The notes under the pieces: generated by a model | What the model was told of the DNA's origin: nothing | Seen by the model: only the letters and a program-made list of their open reading frames with translations | Database searches by the model: none | Position numbers and translations under genes: made by a program | Shown here: piece after piece, positions 1 to 21,292 of the stretch | Layout of the letters: every line of letters begins with the position of its first letter | Numbering within the stretch: the stretch's first letter is position 1 | Source: the human T2T-CHM13v2.0 reference genome, Homo sapiens | DNA length: 64,000 bases | NCBI RefSeq assembly: GCF_009914755.1 | Contig: NC_060926.1 | Strand: one strand, 5' to 3'

Positions 1-794
1 ATGTCTAGTTGTAGAATTATTTTTATTTATGTATCTGGGGACTCATTGCGATATATTCATCTGAGAATGAATGTCTTGAACACATTTTGGAAACTTAGCC
101 ATTAATTCTTCAAACATTTTTTAACCCTAATTCTATTTTCTTTTTTGGAATTCCAGTTACATGACTGTTGGTTCTCTATCTCCCATATCTGAAGACCTTG
201 TTTCAGATTTTTCATCTTTCTGTGTTGTGTTTTGGAAAATTTTCTTAAATATATTTTCTAGTTCACTAATTCTCTATTCATGTGTCTAATCTGACATTTA
301 ACCCATCCACCAAGTTTTAAATTTCAATAACTTTTGTTTTAAAAATCTGTAATTTCTATGTGATTTGTTTTCAACTTTGTTCTTTTAAGACAGTATTTTG
401 TCAGGTTTTTAATTCCTTCTTTTAGGTCTTTAGAAATCTTAAACATAGCTATTTTATAGCCAATAACTCTAATATCTAAAGCCATTGAGGGTCTCATTTT
501 GCAAAGTCAGCACAGGGGTTCAAGTTTAGTTGGACTCTTTCAGTGGGAGCACTGTTAGGTCTCAATTGAGAATGTAAGCAGAAATTTATACTGTGCTGCT
601 TCTACCAGGTGCCTTGGGGTTAGTTTTAATGTTAAAATTTCACCTTGGTGATTCTCAAACTATAACGTAATGTAAATGTACCCAAAGTAAGTATAGACAG
701 GCCTAAGGTTTTGAATTTCCAGAGGAGACGACTTCTTCCACTGCAACAGGAGACCTATAAGCTTTCTTTTTCTGTGTGCTGGCAGCTAGTTATC

Positions 795-1165
<371 letters not shown>

Positions 1166-1870
1166 TGAGAACCTCATTTCCAACTCTTCACTTTGCACGT
1201 AACCGAGGTTTTGCCACACAAATTCCTGACAATTGACATCCAAGCACAGGGCAGGGGTGGCAGTAGTAGTGACAGCAACAGTAGCTCTTGGCCTGCTTTG
1301 GTTTTCAGTTACTTTTCAATTCCTAGGAAATTGAATTCTCTTCTACTTATTTTCAGATCCCAACTCAAGTAACACTTTCTCACAGAAGCTATCCCTTACT
1401 CTCCAGAATAGATCAGGCACCTGCTCTACACTTCCACAGCTCCCTGCATTTTTCCTCCACTGCACATAATAATTTGTAGTTATGTTTAGTAGTGTGATTA
1501 TTTGTTTAATGTTTGTCTCTGTCACTACACTGTTAGTTCCATGAGGGCAGGAATCATTTGTCCACCATAGTATCCAATCTGGCACAGTACAGCAACAAAA
1601 GAAGTATTTGCTGAATGAATAAAATGAGTGTGTGTGGCTGGTTGGGGGTGGGTGAATATTAATGTGAACATAACTCCTCAAAGAAAGTAAAGAATTGAAA
1701 AAGGAGAAGGAAAAGAGAAAACATTTTATTATGAATATTTCAAAATTGCAGGAAACACACTGCAAATCCCTGGGGAGCCACTTCCTATTTCAATCAAACC
1801 CTTATTCAACATTCTTGGTTCCTTTTTGTTTTAATTGAGATATAATACTTAGATCTTAAGTATTCCATTG

Positions 1871-2171
1871 ACGGGCGCGGTGGCTCACGCCTGTAATCCC
1901 AGCACTTTGGGAGGCCGAGGCAGGCGGATCATGAGGTCAGGAGATCGAGACCATCCTGGCTAACACGGTGAAACCCCATCTCTACTAAAAATACAAAAAA
2001 TTAGCCGGGCGTGGTGGCGGGCACCTGTAGTCCCAGCTACTCAGGAGGCTGAGGCAGGAGAATGGTGTGAACCCAGGAGGCAGAGCTTGCAGTGAGCTGA
2101 GATCGTGCCACATTGCACTCCAACCTGGGCGACAGAGCAAGATTCCATCTCAAAAAAAAAAAAAAAAAAAA
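1871..2171 (+). mobile_element. AluY-like
   Basis: GAGACCATCCTGGCTAACACGGTG motif and A tail. Confidence 0.9.
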
Positions 2172-2174
2172 GTA

Positions 2175-4720
<2,546 letters not shown>

Positions 4721-4843
4721 AAAAGTGGAAAGTGTCCCCGAGGTACCTGTTCTCCTAAATTTCATGTCTACTATTCCCTTTCCATTTGCATATTAAAGTA
4801 ATGCTAATTTCTGCTACTCTCCTGGGATCCTCCATTAACTTAC

Positions 4844-4931
4844 CACGTTTCCTGCTTCTGCAGCCAGCCGGGCAGCATAGCGAGCTATAAGACGGTGTTC
4901 CTCATCCAGTCGGCTAGGACTGTCCAGAACA
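4844..4931 (-). CDS. DTNB: DTNB coding exon, 88 nt, phase 2-0: [29 protein letters not shown]; syntrophin-binding helix
   Basis: Acceptor tttttatttccttggcag|TGTT and donor AACGTG|gtaagt. [17 protein letters not shown] is the conserved dystrobrevin syntrophin-binding motif. Confidence 0.97.
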
Positions 4932-7161
4932 CTGCCAAGGAAATAAAAATGCAACAAGTGTCTATTAAACATCCCTTATTCTTGTTCCATTCTCAGAAAG
5001 AACAGATGGAAGAAAAGCTCATAAAAGAATGGTAATAAAAGAACTAGAGGCCTGGGTCATAGATACTAATGGTCTTCTGAAAAAAAGGGGATTTAGAGAA
5101 ATGAGGAGGCCACATTTGTCATTCCTCACTGGCAGCACATCCCCGCTGCTCCTCCACCATCAAAGGGGCACTTCATTTTGAATGCAAGGCCTGAGAAAAC
5201 ACAGGGCACCCACAAAGTCTGAGGCAGGGATTTCTAACCAAATGTTTAAAACTGATGACTTTTTAGACCTTGATCTCAAATTCAAAAAGACCAAGAGAAA
5301 ACTAAAGCATCATGAAAAACAGAGGGCTGAGAAAAAATATACTTAACACTGGCTAAGCAAAAGTTTGGCCTTGCCAGGGCAGGCCAAACACACTGTAAAG
5401 CTGGAAAGATTCCATGACATCAAATATTCCCCTTTTCATGCCCCTTTCTCTTCCTTTACTATGCTCATTCTACATCTATAGCCCCATCTTGGAGTTAATT
5501 AGTTTAATGCATTACTTTTCAACAAGAGTACCAATACTCTAAAAATCTAAGGACCCATTCAGACAGGCTATCAGACAATGTGGTATCTGGATGAGGGAAG
5601 GGTTCTTGAGTAATAGGCTGGCTCTGCATATGGGATGCTGATATGGAACTTCTGATTCTGAAATACATGACTTCTTTAGTATACCAAATGCTATTTATCC
5701 TTATCAAGACAGTCCTAGATTAATAGGGACTGTGGCTATATAATTCTCTGTTTAGGACTGGCAGATGCTTTAAGACGACAGTGATGATGTTGACTAAATG
5801 ACCAGAGGTGGCTGTTGTGGCTTACCTCCACTTTGGCCCTATGTTCTTGGGTTTCCAAAAACCCTTGATCAGAGTTTGGCAGTATGACAAGTCATACAGA
5901 AAAATTTAAAGACATGACTTCAATACTCATCGAAGTTTGTTATAATTACTGAGGGGAATCTGGGAAGGGTGTGGCTAAATCAATAAAGACCTGTCTGAAC
6001 TTTTCATGTGTAGAATCAACTATATTTTTTCTAGTTTTTTTTTTTTTAATCTTTCTATCTCTTTGGCTAAGTCTTTAAGCTTAACTTAGTCTTTCTTCTG
6101 GGATTTTTTTTTAAGTGCTTCGAGTCTTCGCCTATGACGTTTGTCAACACTTTATAATTTTAAGCATGCAAATATCCATCTTCAGGATGATCACCCTCTC
6201 AAAAATGATCTTGTAATAAGAACAGACTACTATTAGGCGGCTTTAATATTTTAGGGTCAAGGCCCCAAGGTGAGAGATAAACTATAATATTTGTGCTTTA
6301 AAGGTATTTGTCTGAAATAAGAGAACTATCTTTTAAATTAAAAAAAAAACAATAAAAATGAATGCTTAACGATACAAGTGGATCATATTATGGAGGGATT
6401 GGTAGCCGAAGAAGTGGGGCCTAAAGTGGCTGACCTCTGTTATCTGGCAAGGGATACAATAGGTTCTTCTGTGCAAAAGAGCTCCTTTTTCTCAATCACA
6501 TTCTATCTCCTTAGGAAGGTTGATCCTATTTGTCATTTATACATGAGTGTGGATGACAGACTGCTTTAATTGGCTATGTTTTCTAGCCAGAAACTAGAAG
6601 CTTGTGTTGATGAGAGGTTTTAAGGTCAATGATTAGAAAGGATCCTTATTCTTCTGTTTGAATTGACTTTCATTTTCAGAATTAGTTAGCCAGAAAAGTT
6701 CTGACTTCTCGGAAGAAGTATGAAGCTCAGCTTCTTAGATTACTAATCAAGAAGTCATGTAGTACTCACTCACTCATCATGTTCTCCCAGGGCTACCAGC
6801 CACCAATTTTTGTTCAGGGAGCCAAGGTGAGACTTCAGGGCCTTAGCTAAACCTACCATAAATCTTATTGGGCTAAATTACTAGGTAACAGTCTCTTGTC
6901 AAACATTCTGCTGCTATTTTTACCATGGAAACTTTTGCTCACTCTGGACAATTGCCTTTAGTGATAATAAAGAATTTGTCTTGCCTAGGGTGAAACAACT
7001 CTGTTCCTAGAGACCAAGAGGCTGGGACAGTGTGCAAAGAAATCATCTGTTGGATGAGGAGACACTCTGTGATGCAGTGCACACAATTATCAGGCCCTTC
7101 CTTCCCTCCTAGAGGGTAAGCCTATTAAACATATTTAGAAGCTTAGAAAACCCTACTTCTC

Positions 7162-7528
<367 letters not shown>

Positions 7529-8700
7529 TCATATCAGGAAAACTATGGAAAACGGTATAAAGTATAATATTTAAAAGTCTTTTTCATATGTATATTTCCC
7601 AACTGACTATTAATTTATTCTTCTGTTATTAGGGGAAGTAGCAGCAAGGTCAGATGACCCTCCCAAGGAGCCATGGCATGCTATAAGCAAAACTAAGATC
7701 AAAATTTAAAGCTTCAGCCTCTGTTATGTGTACAGCTTATAAATTATGGTTTTCTCTCTAAGAACAAGAATCTCAAAGCATGGCTTTCCAAGTTGTTTGG
7801 CACTGTGATTCTTCTTTGCTGTTATGTAGGGGAAGGATGGCTTTAGATTGCTTAAACTTTACCTGTCATCCTACTTGAAGAATGGTGGTGGGTGTGGGCA
7901 TGGAGTGAGCAGGAGACTTTGGACCTACCTGAAAGTAATACCACTTTTTTCGGTATTAAATCTTTTAAAAAAAGGATTAACTTTGCTATAGTTAGCAGTT
8001 ATCAAACGTTTTTCCATCCCAAACCACTGAAGAATCAGACACATTCTCTTATTAACAGTGAGTCACTACCGCAGTAGTTTTCAGGGTAAGGGGAATGTGG
8101 AGCTATTATAATACATGTAACTATTATAATATGAGAGGGTCTACATAATTTGGAAAAAGACCCTCAGGTGACAGTGACCCAATACCATTGTTGGGAATCA
8201 CCGGTTTAAATAATCAACACTGACAGATTCCTGCTAACAGATAAAGGGTGGTAAAGATGTAATAGGGTGACAGTATCAAAGTCCCCAGATAAGACAAAGT
8301 GGGATATCTGTGGGTTGATCAACTCTAAACTTGGAATGTCAATAGAAAGATTTCATTAGTTAGGTAAGAATGAACAGGAAGAGGTTGCATCAGATACCTC
8401 TGTGAGTACTGCGATCCCTCATAGGTTTATATATTTTTTGAGTGTAAGCTGAAGGAAGTGAACCCCACTTTAAAGGAGAATGTCTGACTCCATGTTTAGG
8501 TCAGCGCCCAGGCTTGGCAAGCCTCCCTCTCTTGTAGAAGCTAATGCTTAGCAACTATTTTAACTCTGCCAAACATAGCTGGTAGCTGCTCAAGAAAAAC
8601 CTGACATGCAGTTTTTTTTCCAGCTGACAACCCCAGGTAGCAAAGCTCTCCCTCCCTCTGATCACCCGTGGCTACCCACTGCTGCTGCACCACCACTGAC

Positions 8701-8790
8701 CGTGCACAGTGCTGCAGACGGGCCACATAGGAGGCTATCAGCGCATGCTCATCGGCCAAGTGACTGGGTATATCCTGGCTATACTGTAAC
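8701..8790 (-). CDS. DTNB: DTNB cassette exon, 90 nt, phase 2-2: (R)[29 protein letters not shown](R); syntrophin-binding helix
   Basis: Acceptor tttgcctccattgttcctag|GTTA and donor GCACG|gtcagt. It lies within ORF 8541..8855(-). Length is divisible by 3, so skipping gives ...TPTKSVLDSP in frame. Confidence 0.97.
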
Positions 8791-9772
8791 CTAGGAACAA
8801 TGGAGGCAAAGACAGCAAGCGTGACACAAACACATACAGAGGGAGAAATGAACATGGATTAAAATGAGCAAACTTCAAAGAAAAATTTAAAAAATAATAA
8901 ATCATGATAAGGAAAACAATAAAAAACCCACAATGCATAATGGAATATGGTGTTAGATCCTCAGGAATCCATCTCTCAAATCCTTTAAACAAAAGCAGTC
9001 CTTCAGGAGTGGCGCTGGCCCACTGACATGACAGCCCTTGGGAAGAACCTGTTGAGTCGGCAGGGGAGCCGCATGTACCACTTTTGTTCGGGTGCTGCGC
9101 TCTGTGATGATGCACTTTTTAGAAGATGCCTTCTGGCAAGACAACTGAGGCACAGCCAATCTACTAAATATCACTACATGACCCCCTAGCGCTATGCTTT
9201 TATAAGCTTTTGTGTACATCTAAGAATTTTCAGTGTTACTTCATGTTGCCAGTTAAACATTTTTATTTCTATAAGGATACTGCCTTTAGCATCAGTCTAT
9301 TTCTCCCATAAAACTGGTACCCATCCCAAACTCATTAGAACTGCGCCTAATTATAAGGCAACACTATATACTCTGAGTGAGGCTCTCTCTTATAGATACA
9401 TGAAAGGTCCTTAAGCACATGGTCTTCTAACTTTTTACTACAGAAATATTAAAACTTGCATAAAATAGAGTAATCTAATGACTACCCCTCAGGTACCCAT
9501 AGCAAAACTTGAATGAATGTCAACATTTTGTCAATGTTATCTAATCGAATTTTCATTCCTCCAACATTTTGTGCAGGGACGAGTGGCTAAAAGCAAACCC
9601 CAGGCAATTATTTCACCTGGGAATACTTGAGCCTGTACATCTATCAGATAGTAAAAACATTTCACACAACCTAACACCATTATCACACCTAAAAACACAG
9701 ACAAAAATATTTTAGTATCCCAGTCCATCTGCCAATTTCCTCAAATCTTAAAAAATGTCCATTTACAATTAA

Positions 9773-10605
<833 letters not shown>

Positions 10606-10866
10606 CTGTAGTTTTGTTTGTTATATATCCTGTCCCAGACTTGGAATGAACCATCCTTCTAAGGATCCCTCGTTCCGTTTACTGGCAAAGAGTATTTAGA
10701 GACTGCAGTCAGGATGCTAGGGTGCCCACTGTTCTAGGCTCACCGATTCTAGGCCTTCTCAGTGGAAAAAGCTAGAAAATCTGTATATTTTAGAATGAAG
10801 AAAAATAAGTCCTCTCAGTGCTTTCAAGGTACCGTTCCATTTTCTTCTGGCTTGCATTGCTTTTAA

Positions 10867-11687
<821 letters not shown>

Positions 11688-11775
11688 TTAATGAGAAATC
11701 AACAGTTAAAAAAAAAAAAAGAGAGAGAGAAATCAACAGTTGTTCTTATCTTTGTTTCCTGGTACGTAACATGTC

Positions 11776-12315
<540 letters not shown>

Positions 12316-12782
12316 ATGTAATATGTCTTTTTTTTTTTTCTCTAGCTGCTTTTTAAATGTTTTATTCATCACTGATTTTCAGCAATTTGATTCTGATGTG
12401 CCTTGGTATAGTTTTCTCTTTGTTTATCCTGGCATACAGTTTGTTGTGTTTATAAGTATTTGTAGGTTTATAGTTTTTAATGAATATGTAAAAATTTCTT
12501 TGAAAAGTTGGGAAAAAATGTTTCTTAAATATTTTTTCTCCCTCTCGTCTGTTAGACTGCCTGACATTATCCCACAGGTCCCAGAGGCTCAGTTCGTTTT
12601 CAGTCATTTTCCTCTCGGTGCTCCACTCTGGGTAATTAGTATTACCGTGTCTTTAAGTTCAGTGTAAGTCCATCCATTGAATTTTTCATTTCGGACGTTA
12701 TCCCTTTCAACTCTCTTGTAGGCCATTATAAGTATTTTAGCTTTTACTCTGATATGAGAAGCTATTGAGAGGTGACATATGG

Positions 12783-13255
12783 TTTTATTTTATTTATTTT
12801 ATTTCTTGAGATGGAGTCTCGCTCTGTTGCCCAGGCTGGAGCGCAGTGGCGTGACCTTGGCTCACTGCAACCTCAGCCTCCTGGGTTCAAGTGATTCTCC
12901 TGCCTCAGCCTCCTGAGTAACTGGGATTACAGGCGTGTACCACCATGCCCAGCTAATTTTTGTATTTTTAGTAGAGACAGGGTTTTGCCATGGTGGCCAG
13001 GATGGTCTTGAACTCCTGACTTCAAGTGATCCACCCACCTAGGCCTCCCAAAGTGCTGGGATTACAGGTGTGAATCACCGCACCCGGCCCTGATATTATT
13101 TATATTTTAATAAGATCATTAGGCCGGGTGTGGTGGCTTATGTCTGTAATCCCAGCACGTTGGGAGGACGAGGTGGGAGGATCACTTGAGCCCAGGAGTT
13201 AAGAGAACAGCTTGGGCAACATAGCAAGACCCTCGTTTCTAAAAAAAATTAAAAG
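12783..13255. mobile_element. AluS (-) at ~12783-13089 followed head-to-head by an Alu monomer (+) at ~13122-13255
   Basis: Alu consensus motifs in opposite orientations about 30 nt apart. Confidence 0.85.
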
Positions 13256-14136
13256 ATATTTCCTCTCTAGAAAGTAAACTGCTAGAGAACAGGGGAAGAT
13301 GCAGTCAATTAGAAAACAACTGCAATCTTCCAGGTGAGAGACAAGAGTGGGCTAGGAAAACAGCATTTAACAGAGGTCGTAAGAAATAACAGAATCTTGA
13401 ACAAATTTCCATGGTGTTTTTGTATACAGTTGATCTCATAGTCAGGAAGTGGAGATGGATGTAAGGGAATGAGAGGAATCAAGGGTTCTGAATGAGCAAC
13501 TGGGAAAATGGGATTGTCATGAACTGATGGGGAAGGCTAAGGGAGAAGTAGGTCTGGTGGGGGATGATAGAGAACTCAGTTTGGAACATGCTAATTATGA
13601 GATATGTATTAAATATCCAAGCGAAGGTACTCATCAGGAGGTGGATATACGAGGTAAGGGCTCAGGGAAAAGCTGTGGCCAGAAAAATACATTTAGAAGT
13701 CACCAATATTATCAGTGTTATAAAAAGTATGAGTCTGGCTACAGCTGCCTACTACCAGTGAGTGAAGACAGAAAAGAGAAGTGGTCCCTGTCACACACTA
13801 CCATTCGGATTTCAAAGGAGTGTGGAAAAACTTGCAAAGGAGGCCAAGAAGAAATGAGAAAAACTAGGAGAGCATGATATCCGGAGGCCACGTGCAACAG
13901 GCGTTTCAAGTAGAAAGGAGAGATCTATGTCAAACGCTACTGACAGATCAAGTAAGGTTAACTACTGAAAACTGACCACTGGATTCTGTGGTTTAGAAGT
14001 CACCAGTGTGCTTGACATAAATAGTTTTGGCAAAATAACAGGAGGTGAAAGTCTGACTGGGTGTGTTTGAAAGGAAATGGCAGAACAGAAATTGAAGTTT
14101 CTTTCTACAGATAACCCTTTAAAGAAGTTTTTCTGA

Positions 14137-14436
<300 letters not shown>

Positions 14437-15344
14437 TGATCCGCCCGCCTTGGTCTCCCAAAGTGTTGGGATTACAGGCGTGAGCCACCAGGCCTGGCCT
14501 ATAGGAAGACTTCTATTCAGAACCAGTATTGTTTGTCATATAATTAGAGATCTGGAACACAATGAAAAGCATTCTTAGTAGTTAGATAAGGAAGTTAAAT
14601 GACCATGAATTTTCTGATAATTTTGTTTGGGGTGTGGGGTGTAATGTTCTTCCCCCATTCAAAGTTGTACCTAGTTTACCAGATTAAGAAAATTTAAACT
14701 CTTTCCTTTTTGATAAAATATAAATATACATATATACATAAATATGCAACATATATATAACCCCCAACTAACAAACAAGGTTTGTTTCAGAAATTTGTTT
14801 TTCCAAAGCAGAGTCAATAGTTTACAATTCAGATTTTTTTCCTATAAAAACAAGAATTCCTAAACTGTCAAATGTCAATTCAATCCATAAAACGAGGTGA
14901 TGCCTAAATACCCAATAGTTCTAACAGCATTACTGATGGAAATTGAGCACCTGAAACAATGTACGGAGCACCTACTAGGTATCCAGTGATGAAGACACCA
15001 CAGTAAACAAAACCCAGACATGGCTGCTGCTAACAACACTCCAGTAGGAAAAGAAATGACCACACCAATAAACGTAAACTTGCAAATGTAGTAAGTGTTT
15101 TGATGAGCGGGGACACTGTCCTCCTCTGAGAGGACACAATACAATTTTATCCAATCAGGGAGATCAGCAAAAGCAAAGGTCAGTACAACGACCACAGAGC
15201 TAAAATGAGGAGTGACAATAAGATGAACACTCCGTGAGGCTCCGTGATCGGCACATTCCCAAGGCATCCCCTAGCTCTAAGCCAATGCTAATGATGACCA
15301 GAGCTGAGGACAGAGGGTCTTGAATGGGACTGGTAGAGTCTAAA

Positions 15345-15492
15345 GCAGCATTTCTAAAGATATGTTTCCCCTGACTACCTCCTTTAGAACTCCCAGGCTT
15401 CTGCTCAATCAATCGGGGAACGCAGCCTGGGAATCTGCATTTAGAACAAGTTTGCAGGTGCGCTAGCTGCATTCCAGTGTGAGAACTGCTCT
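15345..15492. mobile_element. MER5A-like hAT-Charlie MITE
   Basis: gcctgggaatctgcatttagaacaag...tgagaactgct resembles the MER5A end. Confidence 0.6.
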
Positions 15493-15734
15493 CTAAGAGA
15501 TGGTGATAATATCTCGTGATGTCAGCAGAATTTCTAGTGGTAGCAGGCAAGCCATCAGGAGGCACATCTGTAGGGACAGGGAGCAAGGGGACGGGACTGA
15601 AATGGGGGAAGTGGGGATGAAGAGTGAGCAATAGCGGGACAAGGTCAGAGGCAGGACAAGCCCCTGACCTTGTCCTGAGGCTGGGTGTAGAGGAGCAGCC
15701 TGGAGCCAATGGTAACAATTATGTACCAAGCAGG

Positions 15735-16298
<564 letters not shown>

Positions 16299-16779
16299 TA
16301 CTCAGAACACTCTTACAAGAAAGGGATTATGGTAACACTCATGATTTTACATTTCCAGCCCTGACCTCTCCCTCGAGCTCCAGAATCATGTAATTGATGG
16401 TCTACTCAACACCTCCCCTTGGGTGCCCAATGGGCATTTCAAACCTAATATGCTCAAAATAGAACTCTTGATTCTTTCCACCCCACCTCCTCACCTGCTC
16501 TTCCCCAGACTGACCAGCTTAAATAAATGGCATCACTATACCCAGCCATCAGGCCAAAACCAGAGGGGTCTTTTTAATTTCTCTCTTTTCCTTGAACACA
16601 CATCCAATCCACTGCAAGTCCTGATGGCTCTTATTTTCTCATCACCTCCACTGCCGCCATGACTTCTCCTGAGCAACTTCTTAGGAGTTCTCGCTTACAC
16701 TGCCCCAATAGCCTCTTGACTGTGCACTCTTCTGCTCATACACTCTACAGTTGATTCTCCACGCTGCAATGAGTGGCCT

Positions 16780-19305
<2,526 letters not shown>

Positions 19306-19348
19306 GCCTAAAGATGAAATAATCAGTTACTTCTAAAGAAGTACTTAA

Positions 19349-19650
19349 GGCCGGGTGTGGTGGCTCACGCTTGTAATCCCAGCACTTTGGGAGGCTAAGG
19401 AGTAGACCACCTGAGGTCAGGAGTTCGAGATCAGCCTGGCCAACATATAGTGAAACCCTGTCTCTACTAAAAAATACAAAAATTAGCTGGGCGTAGTGGT
19501 GCGTGCCTGTAATCCCAGCTACTTGGGAAGCTGAGGCAGAGAATCGCTTGAACCTGGGAGGCAGAGTTTGCAGTGAGGCGAGATTGTGCCACTGTACTCC
19601 AGCCTGGGCAACAGAGCAAGACTATGTCTCAAACAAACAAACAAAAAGAA
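19349..19650 (+). mobile_element. AluS
   Basis: TSD aaagaagtacttaag on both sides. Confidence 0.9.
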
Positions 19651-21084
19651 AGAAGTACTTAAGTGTAAAGAGTTAACTCAATAATTCTGTCAACAGGTAA
19701 GTGACAAAGCTTGACCCTGAACCCAGGCCTAGGTGACTTCAGAGCTCATACTCTCTCTGCCACACCAAGCTTAAAGTGAAATGGAGTTGACAGCAGCAAA
19801 GGGCAGGAGTAAACACCAAGTGCCGTGTTAGAGAACGCAGGGGAGCTCCTGTGGCCGAGTCACTCAGCCAGGCGAGTGCTGCGCTGAGGTGGCTGTCATT
19901 GCAAGAGCAGTTACAGTGTGTTTGTGACCAGGGAGTTGATCCACATTTGGGAAATACACAATTTGGGGCAGAAGTTTAGATTGAATTTCTGTTCTTGAAT
20001 TGACAGGCAGAGTTCAGTGACATTTTCTTATGGCACCTAAATTTTTATATATGTAACGTAGGTGAAAATACAGAATTTGGGGAATATTACAAAGAGTTGT
20101 TATAATGGATTTTAAGATAATTTTTTTCCGAACGCTGTTGTTTCTCCTCAAACAATGAGAGTAATTCTGGCGACCATGTTTCAAAGTGTTAGACCTTTAA
20201 GGAAGTCATCTCTGAAGAAGGTTAAAAGCGTGAAAGAGTTCCGTCAAAGTGATCTCTAATGTACTGGTTGAGTGTTGGTAGGACAATTATTTACTAATAT
20301 TATCTTCCTTGATGGAGATAGTCCTTCTACCAGTTACTAATTACCAGCTCCTCTCTGAATAAGTGTATTATACTCTTTTAATTTCATGGGAACTCAAACA
20401 CTAAGCCACATTCATCTTCCCAATAATCAAGCCCTTGGGCAAGTTGAAGTGAGAGAATAGAGATTCATCTCCATATTTGTTATTCTAAATTTCAAAGGGG
20501 CCAACATTTGTACCTTTGACTACTGCTACTATACTACGAATGAAGAAGATGTAAAGGCCTACTAAATTTGATGTAATCTTTGTTTTCTTTCTTTCTTTTT
20601 TTTTTTTTTTTTGAGACAGAGTCTCACTCTGTCACCTAGGCTGGAGTGCAGTGGTATGATCACAACTCACTGCAGCCTCAAACTCCTGGGCTCAAGCAAT
20701 CCTTGCACCTCAGTCTCTAGAGTAGCTGGGACTACAGGCGGGTAACATCAGGCCCAGACAGGTAAAGAAAAAAATTCTTTGTAAATATGTGGTCTTGCTG
20801 TGTTGCCCATACTGGTCTTGAACTCCTAGCCTCAAGTGATCCTCCCACCCTGACCTCCCAAAGTGCTGGGATTAGAGGTGTGAGCCACTAGCGCCCAGCC
20901 TTGTAATCATATTTCATTACCTATGTTGAGTCCAGTAATGGACCACAACATGCTGACTTATAAAGTACCTTTTATCAGCTCTGAAATTCTGAGTCTAAGT
21001 AATAAAAAAAAATTGTATATAGAGCTGCATCTCTTCTTTTTAACATCCTTATTCTAAATCCAAGACAAGATGAAATGCTTATTG

Positions 21085-21292
21085 TTCTCAAAGGGTCCGA
21101 TAGTAAATATTTTAGGCTTTGTAGGCCATAAGGTTTCTGTTGCAGCTACTCAGTCTGCCATGGTAGGGGAAGCAGCTATAGCCAATATATAAACAAGTAT
21201 GTTCCAATAAAACTTTATTTACAAAACAAGTATACACATGGTATACACAAGGGCAGGAGTTGGCACAAGCTGTAGTTTGCCAACCGCTGCCC
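21085..21292. mobile_element. MER58A-like hAT-Charlie MITE
   Basis: atagtaaatattttaggctttgtaggcca...gttccaataaaactttatttacaaaaca...tagtttgccaac. Confidence 0.8.
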
